The notes: generated by a model from the letters alone, not told the origin. Positions 1-9,751 are shown, numbered from the stretch's first letter. The stretch is 64,000 nucleotides of DNA from an uncultured Desulfatiglans sp. (GCA_964499695.1 CAZCMD010000005.1:1710-65709), one strand, 5' to 3'. Made by a program: numbers and translations.

Positions 1-122
1 GAGTCAGGATTTTTCACTTGACAGGGGTATATCAGGATGGCCATTATATCCATAAATAGAAAGAGAAAGGTAAAGACTTAGAGGGGCAAACGCCCTGCGG
101 AAAGGGAGATAGAAAAATAGAG

Positions 123-2180
123 ATGGGAACAGAAAAAAACAATAAGAAATATTTTACAGGATGCGCCCTGTGTTATCACAGTTGCGGGGTTGAGGTAACT
201 GTAGAGGATGGAAAGGTTGTCAAGGTTGAGGGGCAGAAGTCGCACCCGGTGAACAAAGGGATGCTATGCCCCAAAGGTGAAACCATGATCGAGCACCTTT
301 ACCACACTGACAGGCTCAAGTACCCCATGAAAAAGGTAAATGGCGAATTCAAAAGGATATCCTGGGAACAGGCGATCACAGAGATCGGTGAGAAACTCAA
401 CCGGCTCAAGGCCGAATATGGCCCGGCTGCCCTTGCATTTTTCTGCGGCTCCATCGGTGTTGAGAACCTTGAGATGGTATCCCTCTCCCACAGGTTCAAG
501 GGGGCATTCGGCTCCCCCAACTTCTTTTCAGTTGAGAGCATATGTTACAGGATGAGGATCAGGGCAAGGCAGATCACATTCGGTAAGTACCCTGTTGAGG
601 AGATGGATTCGAAACTCTATCTACTATGGGGGCACAACCCTGATGCATCGGATTTTCCCCTTTCAATGGCCATTGATGAAAACATGAAAAAGGGCGCAAA
701 GGTGATTGTCATAGACCCGAGGCGTATTCCATTGGCCGACGTGGCGGAGATGTACCTCCCCATAAGGCCGGGCACAGACGGAGCGCTTGCACTTGCAATG
801 ATGAATGTAATCATAAATGAAAGGCTTTATGACAAAGAGTTTGTTGACAAGTGGACCTTAGGCTTTGATAAACTAGTGCCACATGTGCAGCAGTACACAC
901 CTGAATGGGCAGAGAAGATTACATATATAAAGGCGGATGACATAAGGAAACTTGCACGCCGTTTTGCCACCACAAAGGGGGCGGCCATATTCCATGGCAC
1001 CTGCACCCAGGATCAGTGTGCAAACGGCACGCAGAACGACAGGGCACTTTCCATACTTCAGGTACTGACCGGAAACATCAATGTGCCTGGTGGGTGGGTG
1101 ATAAGCCCGAGGCTAAAGCTTCAGGATGTAAGCCTCCCATTCCCCGGAAAGCCATTAGGGGCTGAGGAATATCCGCTTTTCTATGAACTCTGGGGAAGGA
1201 CAAGCCCATATGCGGTCATGAATATGGTCCCTGAAAGCGTACCCTCAAAGATCCGCGCCTTTTTTGTTGCAGGGGGTAACCCGCTTGTCACAATGCCTGA
1301 CACCAATGCACTCACTGAGGCATTCAAGAGGCTTGACCTCCTTGTTGTGTATGACCAGTTCCTGACTGAGACAGCAGCCCTTGCCCACTATGTTCTTCCT
1401 GCAAGCAATCAGCTTGAGTTCTGGGGACTTGCCTACAATTATAATGTGTGCCACTGTGTCCCGTACCTCATGCTCAGACAACCGGTCATTGGCCCCTATT
1501 ATGAGTGCCGCTCCATGAGAGAGGTCTATACCGACCTTGCAAAGGTATGCGGATTTGCGGACAAGTTCCAATGGAAAGAGGATTTTGAGGTAGTTCAAAA
1601 GGAGCTTGAGCCATGCTCCCTGAGCTTTGATTTTTTACGTGAACACCCTGAAGGGGCCATATATCAGAAAAAAGAATATACCCTTGGCGAGCGCTCATTT
1701 GCTACACCATCAGGCAAGATAGAAATCTACAGTCAGGCATTTAAAGATGCAGGGTGGGAGCCTTTGCCAGTATACCGCGAACCTGACAAGAGCCCGCAGG
1801 GCTCTTTATGGGCAGAGCTGGGAGAAAAATATCCCCTTGTCCTTGCAACCGGGACCCGTGACTTTTATTACAATGGGAGCATGCTACATAATATGAAGAC
1901 GCTGAAGCAGCGCTCTCCTCACCCGAAAGCGGAGCTAGGCCCTGAAACCGCTGCAAAATACAAAGTTAACGATGGTGACGATGTTATTGTTGAAACCGAC
2001 AGGGGCTATGTAAGGATGAAGGCAGGTGTGAGTGACAGGATCATGGAAGGGGTGGTGCTTGTACCGCACGGGTGGCCCGGAGAGGGTAACTGTAACAGAC
2101 TTACCGACTGTAACTGCAGGGAACCCATAATGGGATACCCCCAGTGGAAAGGTCTCCTGTGCAGTATCAGGAAGGCGTAA
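123..2180 (+). CDS. Molybdopterin (bis-MGD) oxidoreductase catalytic subunit, MopB superfamily, cytoplasmic type
   Basis: 685-aa ORF. N-terminal Cys cluster CALCYHSCGVEV..CPKG (4Fe-4S domain of MopB enzymes), long MGD-binding core, C-terminal barrel domain (DGDDVIVETDRGYVRMKA..VPHGW). No twin-arginine signal. Substrate not assignable. Confidence 0.85.
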   Translation: MGTEKNNKKYFTGCALCYHSCGVEVTVEDGKVVKVEGQKSHPVNKGMLCPKGETMIEHLYHTDRLKYPMKKVNGEFKRISWEQAITEIGEKLNRLKAEYGPAALAFFCGSIGVENLEMVSLSHRFKGAFGSPNFFSVESICYRMRIRARQITFGKYPVEEMDSKLYLLWGHNPDASDFPLSMAIDENMKKGAKVIVIDPRRIPLADVAEMYLPIRPGTDGALALAMMNVIINERLYDKEFVDKWTLGFDKLVPHVQQYTPEWAEKITYIKADDIRKLARRFATTKGAAIFHGTCTQDQCANGTQNDRALSILQVLTGNINVPGGWVISPRLKLQDVSLPFPGKPLGAEEYPLFYELWGRTSPYAVMNMVPESVPSKIRAFFVAGGNPLVTMPDTNALTEAFKRLDLLVVYDQFLTETAALAHYVLPASNQLEFWGLAYNYNVCHCVPYLMLRQPVIGPYYECRSMREVYTDLAKVCGFADKFQWKEDFEVVQKELEPCSLSFDFLREHPEGAIYQKKEYTLGERSFATPSGKIEIYSQAFKDAGWEPLPVYREPDKSPQGSLWAELGEKYPLVLATGTRDFYYNGSMLHNMKTLKQRSPHPKAELGPETAAKYKVNDGDDVIVETDRGYVRMKAGVSDRIMEGVVLVPHGWPGEGNCNRLTDCNCREPIMGYPQWKGLLCSIRKA

Positions 2181-2588
2181 GAATCTGAATATCCATGTAA
2201 CGGGTGAATGTAACGATTTCTCTATATCCTGCTATCCTCTTGCAGGTGTGCGGGTAGTCTGCGTTCACCCTTTTAGTCTTACATCTGCCTGCGGTGATAA
2301 GCAATAGTACAGGTCAACTAAATAAAAGGCATCTCATAAAAAACTAAAATAGACCGGCCTTAATTCCTGCCTTATATACAACACACTAAAACTCTAATAG
2401 CTCAAATATGCTGCATGATATTTGCATTATCAGAATATAAAATATTAAAAAGAATCATGAATATTGTAAGATGTTGAATTAATAATATTTTTGTAATTCA
2501 CGGAAAGATGCTGACATAAAAAGGTGTATTAAAATAGTACATTGTTGCGCAGTAATATGTACAGTTAACAGGAAAGGGGTGTTACTCC

Positions 2589-4165
2589 ATGAGGATTAAA
2601 GACATTAAAAAACAGATATCAGATATCAGGGTCCGGGCCGGATATTATCTTCTGACAGTGATTTTTGTTACAGGGTTACTTATGATTAATGCATGCAATG
2701 GCGGATCAGGATCATCCGGGGATACCCCACCTGCTGTTATCAATAATGGTGATCCTGTTCAGGGTGATGAAGATGATGAAACCGATGATGAAGGAGATAG
2801 TGCATCCACTGTTTATACGTGGGACCCTTCAGAATTCACACATGTCTATGATGTCGGGCCCGGTAAAACCTATACCGAACCCGGGGATGTCCCGTGGGAG
2901 AGCCTTACGCCCTCCACCCTTGTGCGTATCTACTATCGTAACACACACCCTATCAGGCAAAGTGGGTAATCAATGTGGCAGCAACTGCTGAAGCGCCTGT
3001 GGTTATCCTTGGCATTAAAGAAGGGGGGCAGAGGCCAATCATAAGCGGCGATGGTGCTGTTACCCGTAACGAACTGGATTACTGGAACGAGGTGAGGAAT
3101 ATAATAAAGGTTGGAGGATCAAGCATCCCTGACAACCCTGGCGGTCCATCATATATCTATATTCAGGGCCTTGATATCAGGAGCGGCCGGCCCGGATATG
3201 AGTTTACAGATGACAGCGGCACCACACAGGAATACAGCTCCAATGCCGCTGCTATCCATATCGAGGAAGGATCTGACATCACAATCCATGACTGCCTGAT
3301 TCATGATGCGGCAAACGGCCTGTTTTCAAGCTCTGCCTCTTCACGTATCATGATCAGCGGAAACTATATTTACGATAATGGTATTGAAGGCAGCATATAC
3401 GAACACAACTCCTATACGGAAAGCCTTGGTATTGTGTTTGAATACAACCACTATGGCCCGCTCAGGTCCGGCTGCCTCGGAAACAACCTCAAGGATCGTT
3501 CATCCGGCACTGTTATCAGGTACAACTGGATAGAGTCAGGTAACCGCCAGCTTGACCTTGTTGAGACCGATTACGATCACATCGCAAACGACCCTGCCTA
3601 TGATGAGACCTTTGTATATGGTAATGTGCTCATTGAACCTGATGGGGCTGGCAACAGCCAGATCATGCATTATGGTGGTGATGGCGGCGACACGGAAATG
3701 TACCGAAGGGGCACACTCTATTTTTATCACAACACGGTTGTCTCCACCCGCAGCGGTAACACCACGCTCATGCGCTTAAGCACCGTTGATGTGACTGCCC
3801 TGGTATTCGGCAATATTATCTATGCATCAGCCGGGGGTGAATACCTTGCTATAACAAGCGGGAATGGACAGACCGAGCTTGAAAATAACTGGCTACCTAC
3901 AGGCTGGGTGCTTACACACGAAGCAGGCCTTGATACTGATGCAACAGTGGCTGATATGGGAAACACGGAAGGAAGTACACCGGGATTTATAGATTTTAAT
4001 GCTCAGGATTTTCATCTTTCAGCAGGTTCTCTGGCCAGAGGTAATGCAGGCACCCTGCCCGCAGATGTGGTGAACTATCCTGTGGAATACCAGTATGTCC
4101 GGCACCAATCCATTGAAGTGCGGCCATCCGGTTCTATTTCTGATATAGGGGCCTTTGGGTATTGA
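2589..4165 (+). pseudogene. Right-handed parallel beta-helix (pectate-lyase-fold) lipoprotein, split by an apparent frameshift
   Basis: ORF 2589-2969 has a signal peptide, lipobox LMINAC and an acidic linker, and stops at TAA 2967. ORF 2975-4165 is in another frame that is open from 2942 (HTPYQAKWVINVAATAEAPVV) and contains beta-helix-like repeats (IHDCLIHDAANGLF, ISGNYIYDNG, NWIESGNRQLD). One extra base in aacacacaccc (2940-2950) would fuse the two. Confidence 0.6.
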
Positions 4166-4174
4166 TTATGAAAA

Positions 4175-4256
4175 CGATCAGCCATCAGCGTTCAGCTATC
4201 AGCATAAGATATAAGAAAGTATTTGACTGGTAGCTGATAACCGAATGCTGAATGCT
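4175..4256. repeat. Intergenic palindromic repeat, family A (tandem CAGC-type heptads facing GCTGA-type heptads)
   Basis: The left arm cgatcagccatcagcgttcagctatcagc faces the right arm tagctgataaccgaatgctgaatgct. Related copies lie at 6602-6719 and 40752-40826. Confidence 0.7.
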
Positions 4257-4320
4257 TAATTATAAAATTACCTCTTTGTGGATGGACACTTGCTATCCTG
4301 TAAGAGGATGTTACTGGTAG

Positions 4321-5256
4321 CTATCTCTTTTTTATCCTGATGCTTCCGCTGAAACTCTCCAGTGATAATTCAGGGCCGCCTTTACCAACAATCCCTTTAA
4401 TATCTTTGTTGTCTATCTTGCCAGAGATGGTTATTTCATAGTCAGTATTTATGCTTCCACTAAAGGTCTTGGCGTTAAGGCTAAACTCTGAATCAGCCGG
4501 GAGTTCCATATTTATATTCCCGCTGACCGTTTTATAATAATGTTCACCCTGGCCCAGTATGTAATTTGCCATTATGCTGCCGCTTATTGTTTCAGCCCTG
4601 GCCTCTTTCACCTCTGAACCTGATGTGATATCAATATCACCGCTTACGCTTTTTGAGGCTAAGGCTCCCTGGATTTCATTCACCGATATTCTACCTGAAA
4701 CCGTTTCAGCTTTTGTATCACCAGCAACCCCTTCAAGATATATGCTGCCACTGACATCCTTTGCTGTTACATCCTTTCCAGCACTGACCACCTTTATCTC
4801 CCCGCTTACAGTCTTTGCAGAAAGATTGCCATTGATAGAGGTAACTCTGATCGCACCGCTTACTGATTCCAGAGTGACTTCCGCATTATCCGGTACTATC
4901 AATTCATAGTACACAGACCCGTAATTCCCATTGAAACCGGAAAAGAAATTAAAATGAAAAGATTTATCATATTCGGTATTTATGCTTATGCGGCTATCAT
5001 GGGAATCTATATCCACATGGATATTTTCAAGCTCTTCATGAGAGTCAGCCCTTTTTATTGCCTCAATCTTTACCTCATTCTTATCCCATGTGGTCACAAC
5101 AATATCGCCGGATATATTTTTTACACTCACCTCACCATCCCTTTCAAGGGGATACTGTTTGTTGATCACCTCTTCGACATCGGCATATGCACAGAGCGGA
5201 AATAGAGCCAATAAAATAAACAACACAGAGATGCTAACCGACCTTACCTTTTTCAT
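4321..5256 (-). CDS. DUF4097-family beta-strand repeat protein (putative adhesin), secreted
   Basis: 311 aa with a signal peptide. Many repeats of the VSGxI strand motif (SGDIVV, SGAIRV, SGEIKV, SGSIYL, SGRISV, SGDIDI, SGSIMA, SGNINM, SGSINT, SGSIRI). Confidence 0.75.
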   Translation of the reverse strand: MKKVRSVSISVLFILLALFPLCAYADVEEVINKQYPLERDGEVSVKNISGDIVVTTWDKNEVKIEAIKRADSHEELENIHVDIDSHDSRISINTEYDKSFHFNFFSGFNGNYGSVYYELIVPDNAEVTLESVSGAIRVTSINGNLSAKTVSGEIKVVSAGKDVTAKDVSGSIYLEGVAGDTKAETVSGRISVNEIQGALASKSVSGDIDITSGSEVKEARAETISGSIMANYILGQGEHYYKTVSGNINMELPADSEFSLNAKTFSGSINTDYEITISGKIDNKDIKGIVGKGGPELSLESFSGSIRIKKR

Positions 5257-5573
5257 TTTATTCTCTCCTTTTTAAATGCATAAAATCAGGTTTTAAAAAT
5301 TCTGGCCTTCTATCCCGGCATGCTGTTTACACAGTGCGGATCTATACGGGAGGGGTATAGTGTTATCTGCAATGCCTCTTCGCCCTGTTCAACATCAGCC
5401 GGGATAGCAGGCTGAACGGGTGATGAAATAAACGACACCCGTGTTAGTCCTTGAATTTTACTCCAGATATTTATTACGTAGACGGGTTCTTGTCCCGCCA
5501 TAGCCTTGGCGACGGCGGATAAAACCCGTCTCTACAAATGTGATTCCTGTATGAATGGTAGAAAGAAAAGCAT

Positions 5574-5599
5574 AATGTGTGCCATATCAGGCACACATT
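5574..5599 (-). terminator. Hairpin terminator downstream of greA-yjbQ
   Basis: Perfect 10-bp stem aatgtgtgcc/ggcacacatt with a 6-nt loop. T-rich tract follows on the minus strand (atgcttttctttc). Confidence 0.55.
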
Positions 5600-5702
5600 G
5601 GTTTTACATTAAATATCAGCATGTTGGATGATTGATCAAATTAAAATAGTCAGAATGGATTATATTAAAATGGTTTCTAAAGCCACATAGTAGCGATAAT
5701 AC

Positions 5703-6119
5703 TCACTCACCGATGATCTTTACCAGCACCCGTTTCTTTCTTCTGCCGTCAAACTCACCATAAAAGATCTGCTCCCAGGGGCCAAAGTCCAGCCTGCCAT
5801 CGGTTATGGCAACAACCACCTCTCTCCCCATGATCTGCCTTTTCATGTGGGCGTCCGCATTGTCCTCGCCAACATTATGCCGGTACTGTGAAACAGGTTC
5901 ATGGGGTGCAAGCTGTTCAAGCCATTTTTCATAATCATGGTGCAGGCCTGACTCATCATCGTTAATAAAGACCGAGGCAGTGATATGCATTGCGTTACAG
6001 AGTAAAAGCCCTTCTCTTACGCCGCTTTCCCTGAGGCATTCCTCAATATCGGGCGTGATATTGATAAATGCCCTGCGGGTGGCCACATTAAACCACAGCT
6101 CTTTTCTGTATGACTTCAT
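5703..6119 (-). CDS. yjbQ: YjbQ/UPF0047 family protein (secondary thiamine-phosphate synthase enzyme)
   Basis: 138 aa with the typical UPF0047 pattern ([52 protein letters not shown]). Overlaps the greA stop by 4 nt. Confidence 0.85.
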   Translation of the reverse strand: MKSYRKELWFNVATRRAFINITPDIEECLRESGVREGLLLCNAMHITASVFINDDESGLHHDYEKWLEQLAPHEPVSQYRHNVGEDNADAHMKRQIMGREVVVAITDGRLDFGPWEQIFYGEFDGRRKKRVLVKIIGE

Positions 6120-6583
6120 AAGATTTCCAGTACCTCATACTCCTGTAGCCCGCCCGGGGTGTTAACCTTTACCTCATCTCCAACTTCACTACCGAGAAGC
6201 GCCATACCTATGGGGGATTTTACAGAGATCTTCCCGTTATCCGGGTCAGATTCATATGGCCCTAAAAGCTGATACTGTACCTCCTCTTCCGTTTCCATAT
6301 TATAAAGGAGCACGATCCTGCCAAAAACAACCCTGTCTTTTGGACCTTTCTCAAAATCTATTACCTCTGCCTTGCCTATAACCGATTCCAGTTCATTTAT
6401 CTTGCCCTCAAGAAAGGACTGCTTTTCCTTTGCTGCATGGTATTCTGCATTCTCACTCAGGTCCCCATGTTTTCTGGCCTCTTCGATCGCCCGAATATTT
6501 TCCGGTCGCTCAACCTTTTTTATGTGTGCAAGCTCTTCCTTAACCTTATCAAGACCTTCCTTTGTAAACGGAATCCTCTCCAT
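6116..6583 (-). CDS. greA: Transcription elongation factor GreA
   Basis: 155 aa with an N-terminal coiled coil ([14 protein letters not shown]) and a C-terminal FKBP-like domain. Confidence 0.95.
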   Translation of the reverse strand: MERIPFTKEGLDKVKEELAHIKKVERPENIRAIEEARKHGDLSENAEYHAAKEKQSFLEGKINELESVIGKAEVIDFEKGPKDRVVFGRIVLLYNMETEEEVQYQLLGPYESDPDNGKISVKSPIGMALLGSEVGDEVKVNTPGGLQEYEVLEIL

Positions 6584-6601
6584 AAATTCTCCTATTTGAA
6601 A

Positions 6602-6719
6602 TAATTAGTATCCATCCAGAAAGAAGAAAAACCCGGATGCAGCTTTCAGCTGTCAGCGATCAGCCTTCAGCTAAATCGTTTTTAAAATGCCTTTTGCTGA
6701 ATGCTAAAGGGTGAATGCT
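6602..6719. repeat. Intergenic palindromic repeat, family A, full copy
   Basis: The first 61 nt match 40752-40812 at 52/61 positions by hand alignment. Arms cagctttcagctgtcagcgatcagccttcagc and gctgaatgctaaagggtgaatgct. Confidence 0.7.
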
Positions 6720-6815
6720 AAAATCCAAAAACGACACTTTTTGAATGTGCACCAGTTAGATAATCAGCTCCAGACAGTGTAAATGAATTAAAAATATTAA
6801 TAATTTCATGCATCA

Positions 6816-7478
6816 CTATTTACCATTATTTTTACGGACATAAACATCATTCAATACCTCAGGGTCAATGGCAAGGTCCGTCTCTCCCACCTTGAGCACA
6901 AAGGCGGGGAAGGTCTGGTGAACCTTAACCTCCTGGCCGGGGGTAATGCCAAGGTCTGTCAGCCTGTCAAGACGCGAATGGTGTTTTGTTGAGACATAAA
7001 CTACCACCCCTGCTTCCCCTGACTTAAGCCTGTTAAGGGGCATAATAACAGGCTGTATATTCTGTTCTGCCCTTTTACAGCAAGCGCCCGGAGGTATATG
7101 CCTGCCATGCGGGCACTCACGCGGGTGACCGAGCAGTGTGCATATGGCATCAAGGGCCTCATGGCTCAGGCAGTGTTCAAGGCTGCATGCAGTCTCTTCC
7201 ATGGGTGCATCATCTATCACCATGACATCGGTGAAAAGCCTTTCAGCAAGCCTGTGTGCCCTTATGAGTTTTTTTGCAATCTCCTCACCCTTCTGGGTAA
7301 GGTTTATCTCCTCTTTAACCTCAAATATGTAATCATCATCTATAAGCCTATCGATTACATCCCCTGTTACCCTTGGGGTTTCTATTTTCAGGAGATCAGA
7401 CCTCTTAACAGAACCTATCTCTTTTCCGCACCAGATGGATTCGATGATTTCATCTATCTCTTCTTTTGTCAGTAACAT
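6816..7478 (-). CDS. DtxR-family metal-dependent regulator fused to a C-terminal FeoA (SH3-like) domain
   Basis: 220 aa. Winged-helix N-terminus, DtxR metal-binding/dimerisation region (AHRLAERLF..CSLEHCLSHE..CPHGRHIP), C-terminal FeoA-like segment (LKSGEAGVVVYVS..LGITPGQEVKV). Confidence 0.85.
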   Translation of the reverse strand: MLLTKEEIDEIIESIWCGKEIGSVKRSDLLKIETPRVTGDVIDRLIDDDYIFEVKEEINLTQKGEEIAKKLIRAHRLAERLFTDVMVIDDAPMEETACSLEHCLSHEALDAICTLLGHPRECPHGRHIPPGACCKRAEQNIQPVIMPLNRLKSGEAGVVVYVSTKHHSRLDRLTDLGITPGQEVKVHQTFPAFVLKVGETDLAIDPEVLNDVYVRKNNGK

Positions 7479-7647
7479 CTTTAACTCCTTTGGCCGCCTT
7501 TTTTATCCACTCTATGATACCGGATCTCTCTACAGTGCTGTATCCGCAGTTCGGGCAGCAGATGGTCTTGCAGTTTTTATTGATTGCGCATCCCTTGCAC
7601 TCGTTTTGATCAGGATCAAATTCATATCCACAGAGTGCACATTTCAT
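7450..7647 (-). CDS. Small Cys-rich (zinc-ribbon-like) protein between feoB and the dtxR-feoA fusion
   Basis: 65 aa with 8 Cys (CALC..CKGC..CKTICCPNC). Start overlaps the feoB stop by 4 nt and the 3' end overlaps the regulator start. Confidence 0.6.
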   Translation of the reverse strand: MKCALCGYEFDPDQNECKGCAINKNCKTICCPNCGYSTVERSGIIEWIKKAAKGVKDVTDKRRDR

Positions 7648-9617
7648 AGGGTTACCCCGAGAGCACGCAGAATAAAATTAAACAACCCCCCGAATAAAAA
7701 GGCAAAGACAAATATAAATGATACTATCAGAGAGGCTGTCTTTATGCCCCGCTCCTTGATCATTATAAACATATTGGCTATGCAGGGCACAAAAAGGGTA
7801 ATGGTAACAAGGGCCACGAGCATCTGGATAGGGTCCAGATTACCTTCCTTTACAACAAGCACTGCCGCATAATCCCTTCTTAAAAAACCCATCACAAAGG
7901 CACCTGCAACCTCCTTTGGAAGCCCCAGCAGGTTCACCACAACAGGTGCGGCTATCTTCTGGATCAGGGTAAGGGCGCCCAGTTTCTCAAGGGTAAAGAG
8001 TATGATTGTCCCGAGCATGAACAGGGGCACAGCCTCTTTAAGATACCACTCAATGCGCGCAAAGGTTTTTATAATTATGTTAGATAACTTGGGTATCCGT
8101 ATAGGGGGTGTCTCAAGTATGAAATCGGATTTTTTCCCCGGTATTACTATTGACGATAAAAAGCCGACCACAAAGATTACACATATAATGACGGCGGCCC
8201 AGATGATGGTGGCCCAGGGGGATATGGTTGATGTCCCGCCAAAGATCACGCCCAGTTGAGCAGAGCAGGGAACAGCAAGTGCAAGGAGCAGGGTGACAAT
8301 TATCCTTTCCTTTTTACTGGGGAGTATCCTTGCCGTAAGGGTTGCCATGGTCGCACAACCCAGGCCCAGTATCATGGGGAGCACCGCAGTGCCATTAAGG
8401 CCGATTATCCTGAAGAGCCTGTTCACCATTATGGCAAGCCTGGGGAGATATCCTGAATCTTCCATAAGACCAAAGATCAGGAAAAAGAAGCCGACAATGG
8501 GGAGCACAATTGCAATGGCATAGGTGAAGGCCATTGTAAAAATACCATATTCACCGATCAGGAATTCCCGTATGAGCGCATTACCTGTTACTGAATGGAC
8601 AACCCTTGTTAAAAACGGGTTGATATATTCACCGAATACAACGCTCTCCATAAAATCAACACAGGTGCCTGCACCGAATTCACCTACTATTTTATAGGTA
8701 ATATAGAGGACCGCAAGCAGGATAGGTATGCCCCATACAGGGTGCATGGAAAGCCTGCCAAATGTCTGGAGTATATTGTGATCCCTGGCCTTTTCATCCT
8801 TTGTCTGTACCTCTTTTAATATTTCATCCACCTTTGCCACCCGGCGCTTATTAATAAGGTAGCTTAAAGGAGTCGGGCTTGTGGACTGCAATGAGGCTCT
8901 TATGGCTCTTACCCTGTCAATAGCCTCTTTTCCGAACCTTGATAAAAACCATTCCTCTATGCCCTGTTCTCCGGCAATGAGCATTATGGCTATGGCCCTA
9001 GATATCTTTTCAGGGATTAACTCCTGGATCTGGCTGATTCCGGATTCCAGAACTTCACCATAATCCACTGTTACCTTTGGTTTGACAGGGTTTGCAATGC
9101 CCTTTATTAGTCCGTGTATCCCCTCCCTGTGCGTGGCAACAGTTGGGATTACCTCTGTCCCTAAGATCTCTCCGAGTTTTTTTGAATCTATATTAATACC
9201 CCTGCTTTGCGCCTCATCAATCATATTGATGTCCAGTATAAAGGGGATCTCCATTTCAGAAAGCTGTATGCTTATGGAAAGACCCCTGCGCAGGTTTTTT
9301 GAATCCGCTACCTGTACAACGATCTCCGCCTTTTCGTTTAAGAGGATGTCACGGGTAACCTTCTCATCTTCAGACTGGGGTATAAGACTGTTGGTGCCGG
9401 GGGTATCAATAACCAGATACTTTTTCTTGCCGCCAAAACGGGAGAATGCACGGGACACCTCAACGGTTGTACCGGGGTAGTTGGATACGGTTACATACTT
9501 CCCGGTCAGGAGCCCGAAGATTACACTTTTCCCGACATTGGGATTACCGACAAGTATGATCTTGTCTTTCTCCATGTAATCAAGCTGCTTTTTAGTATCA
9601 TGACCGCTCGGGCTCAA
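7644..9617 (-). CDS. feoB: Ferrous iron transporter FeoB
   Basis: 657 aa with an N-terminal G domain (GNPNVGKS, DTPG) and a polytopic membrane domain. The ORF begins with TTG. ATG at 9575 (MEKDKIILVG) is the more likely start. Confidence 0.95.
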   Translation of the reverse strand: MSPSGHDTKKQLDYMEKDKIILVGNPNVGKSVIFGLLTGKYVTVSNYPGTTVEVSRAFSRFGGKKKYLVIDTPGTNSLIPQSEDEKVTRDILLNEKAEIVVQVADSKNLRRGLSISIQLSEMEIPFILDINMIDEAQSRGINIDSKKLGEILGTEVIPTVATHREGIHGLIKGIANPVKPKVTVDYGEVLESGISQIQELIPEKISRAIAIMLIAGEQGIEEWFLSRFGKEAIDRVRAIRASLQSTSPTPLSYLINKRRVAKVDEILKEVQTKDEKARDHNILQTFGRLSMHPVWGIPILLAVLYITYKIVGEFGAGTCVDFMESVVFGEYINPFLTRVVHSVTGNALIREFLIGEYGIFTMAFTYAIAIVLPIVGFFFLIFGLMEDSGYLPRLAIMVNRLFRIIGLNGTAVLPMILGLGCATMATLTARILPSKKERIIVTLLLALAVPCSAQLGVIFGGTSTISPWATIIWAAVIICVIFVVGFLSSIVIPGKKSDFILETPPIRIPKLSNIIIKTFARIEWYLKEAVPLFMLGTIILFTLEKLGALTLIQKIAAPVVVNLLGLPKEVAGAFVMGFLRRDYAAVLVVKEGNLDPIQMLVALVTITLFVPCIANMFIMIKERGIKTASLIVSFIFVFAFLFGGLFNFILRALGVTL

Positions 9618-9730
9618 TACGGATCCTCCTGAACATCCTTATACAATGAAAAACCGGATCGATAAGTAAAAACTGATCGATCCGGATAGGGTTAAAACAA
9701 AAAAGTTATTTTTAAAACCGGTGCCAGATT

Positions 9731-9751
9731 ATAGGTAGGTAAGTATCCTAT
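9731..9751. promoter_or_regulatory. Candidate DtxR/IdeR-type iron box upstream of feoB
   Basis: ataggtaggtaagtatcctat is an imperfect palindrome (ATAGG..CCTAT). It resembles the TTAGGTTAGCCTAACCTAA consensus and lies about 115-135 nt upstream of the feoB ORF start. Confidence 0.35.

Noticed and set aside
4175-4256. Possible CRISPR array suggested by the short tandem cagc-type repeats
   Set aside because: The units are only about 7 nt, degenerate and lack unique spacers. The second half is the reverse complement of the first, so the structure is a palindrome. No cas genes are present in the window.
5310-5501. 63-aa ORF on the minus strand in the yjbQ/DUF4097 intergenic gap
   Set aside because: It has no SD or credible start context. 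The composition is not protein-like, and the region is dominated by nested helices. It is better treated as a possible structured RNA or leader.
5481-5530. Guanidine-III-like riboswitch, because of the GGACAAGA string on the minus strand
   Set aside because: The helices here are nested (a simple extended hairpin), not the H-type pseudoknot of that class. The other conserved positions are absent.
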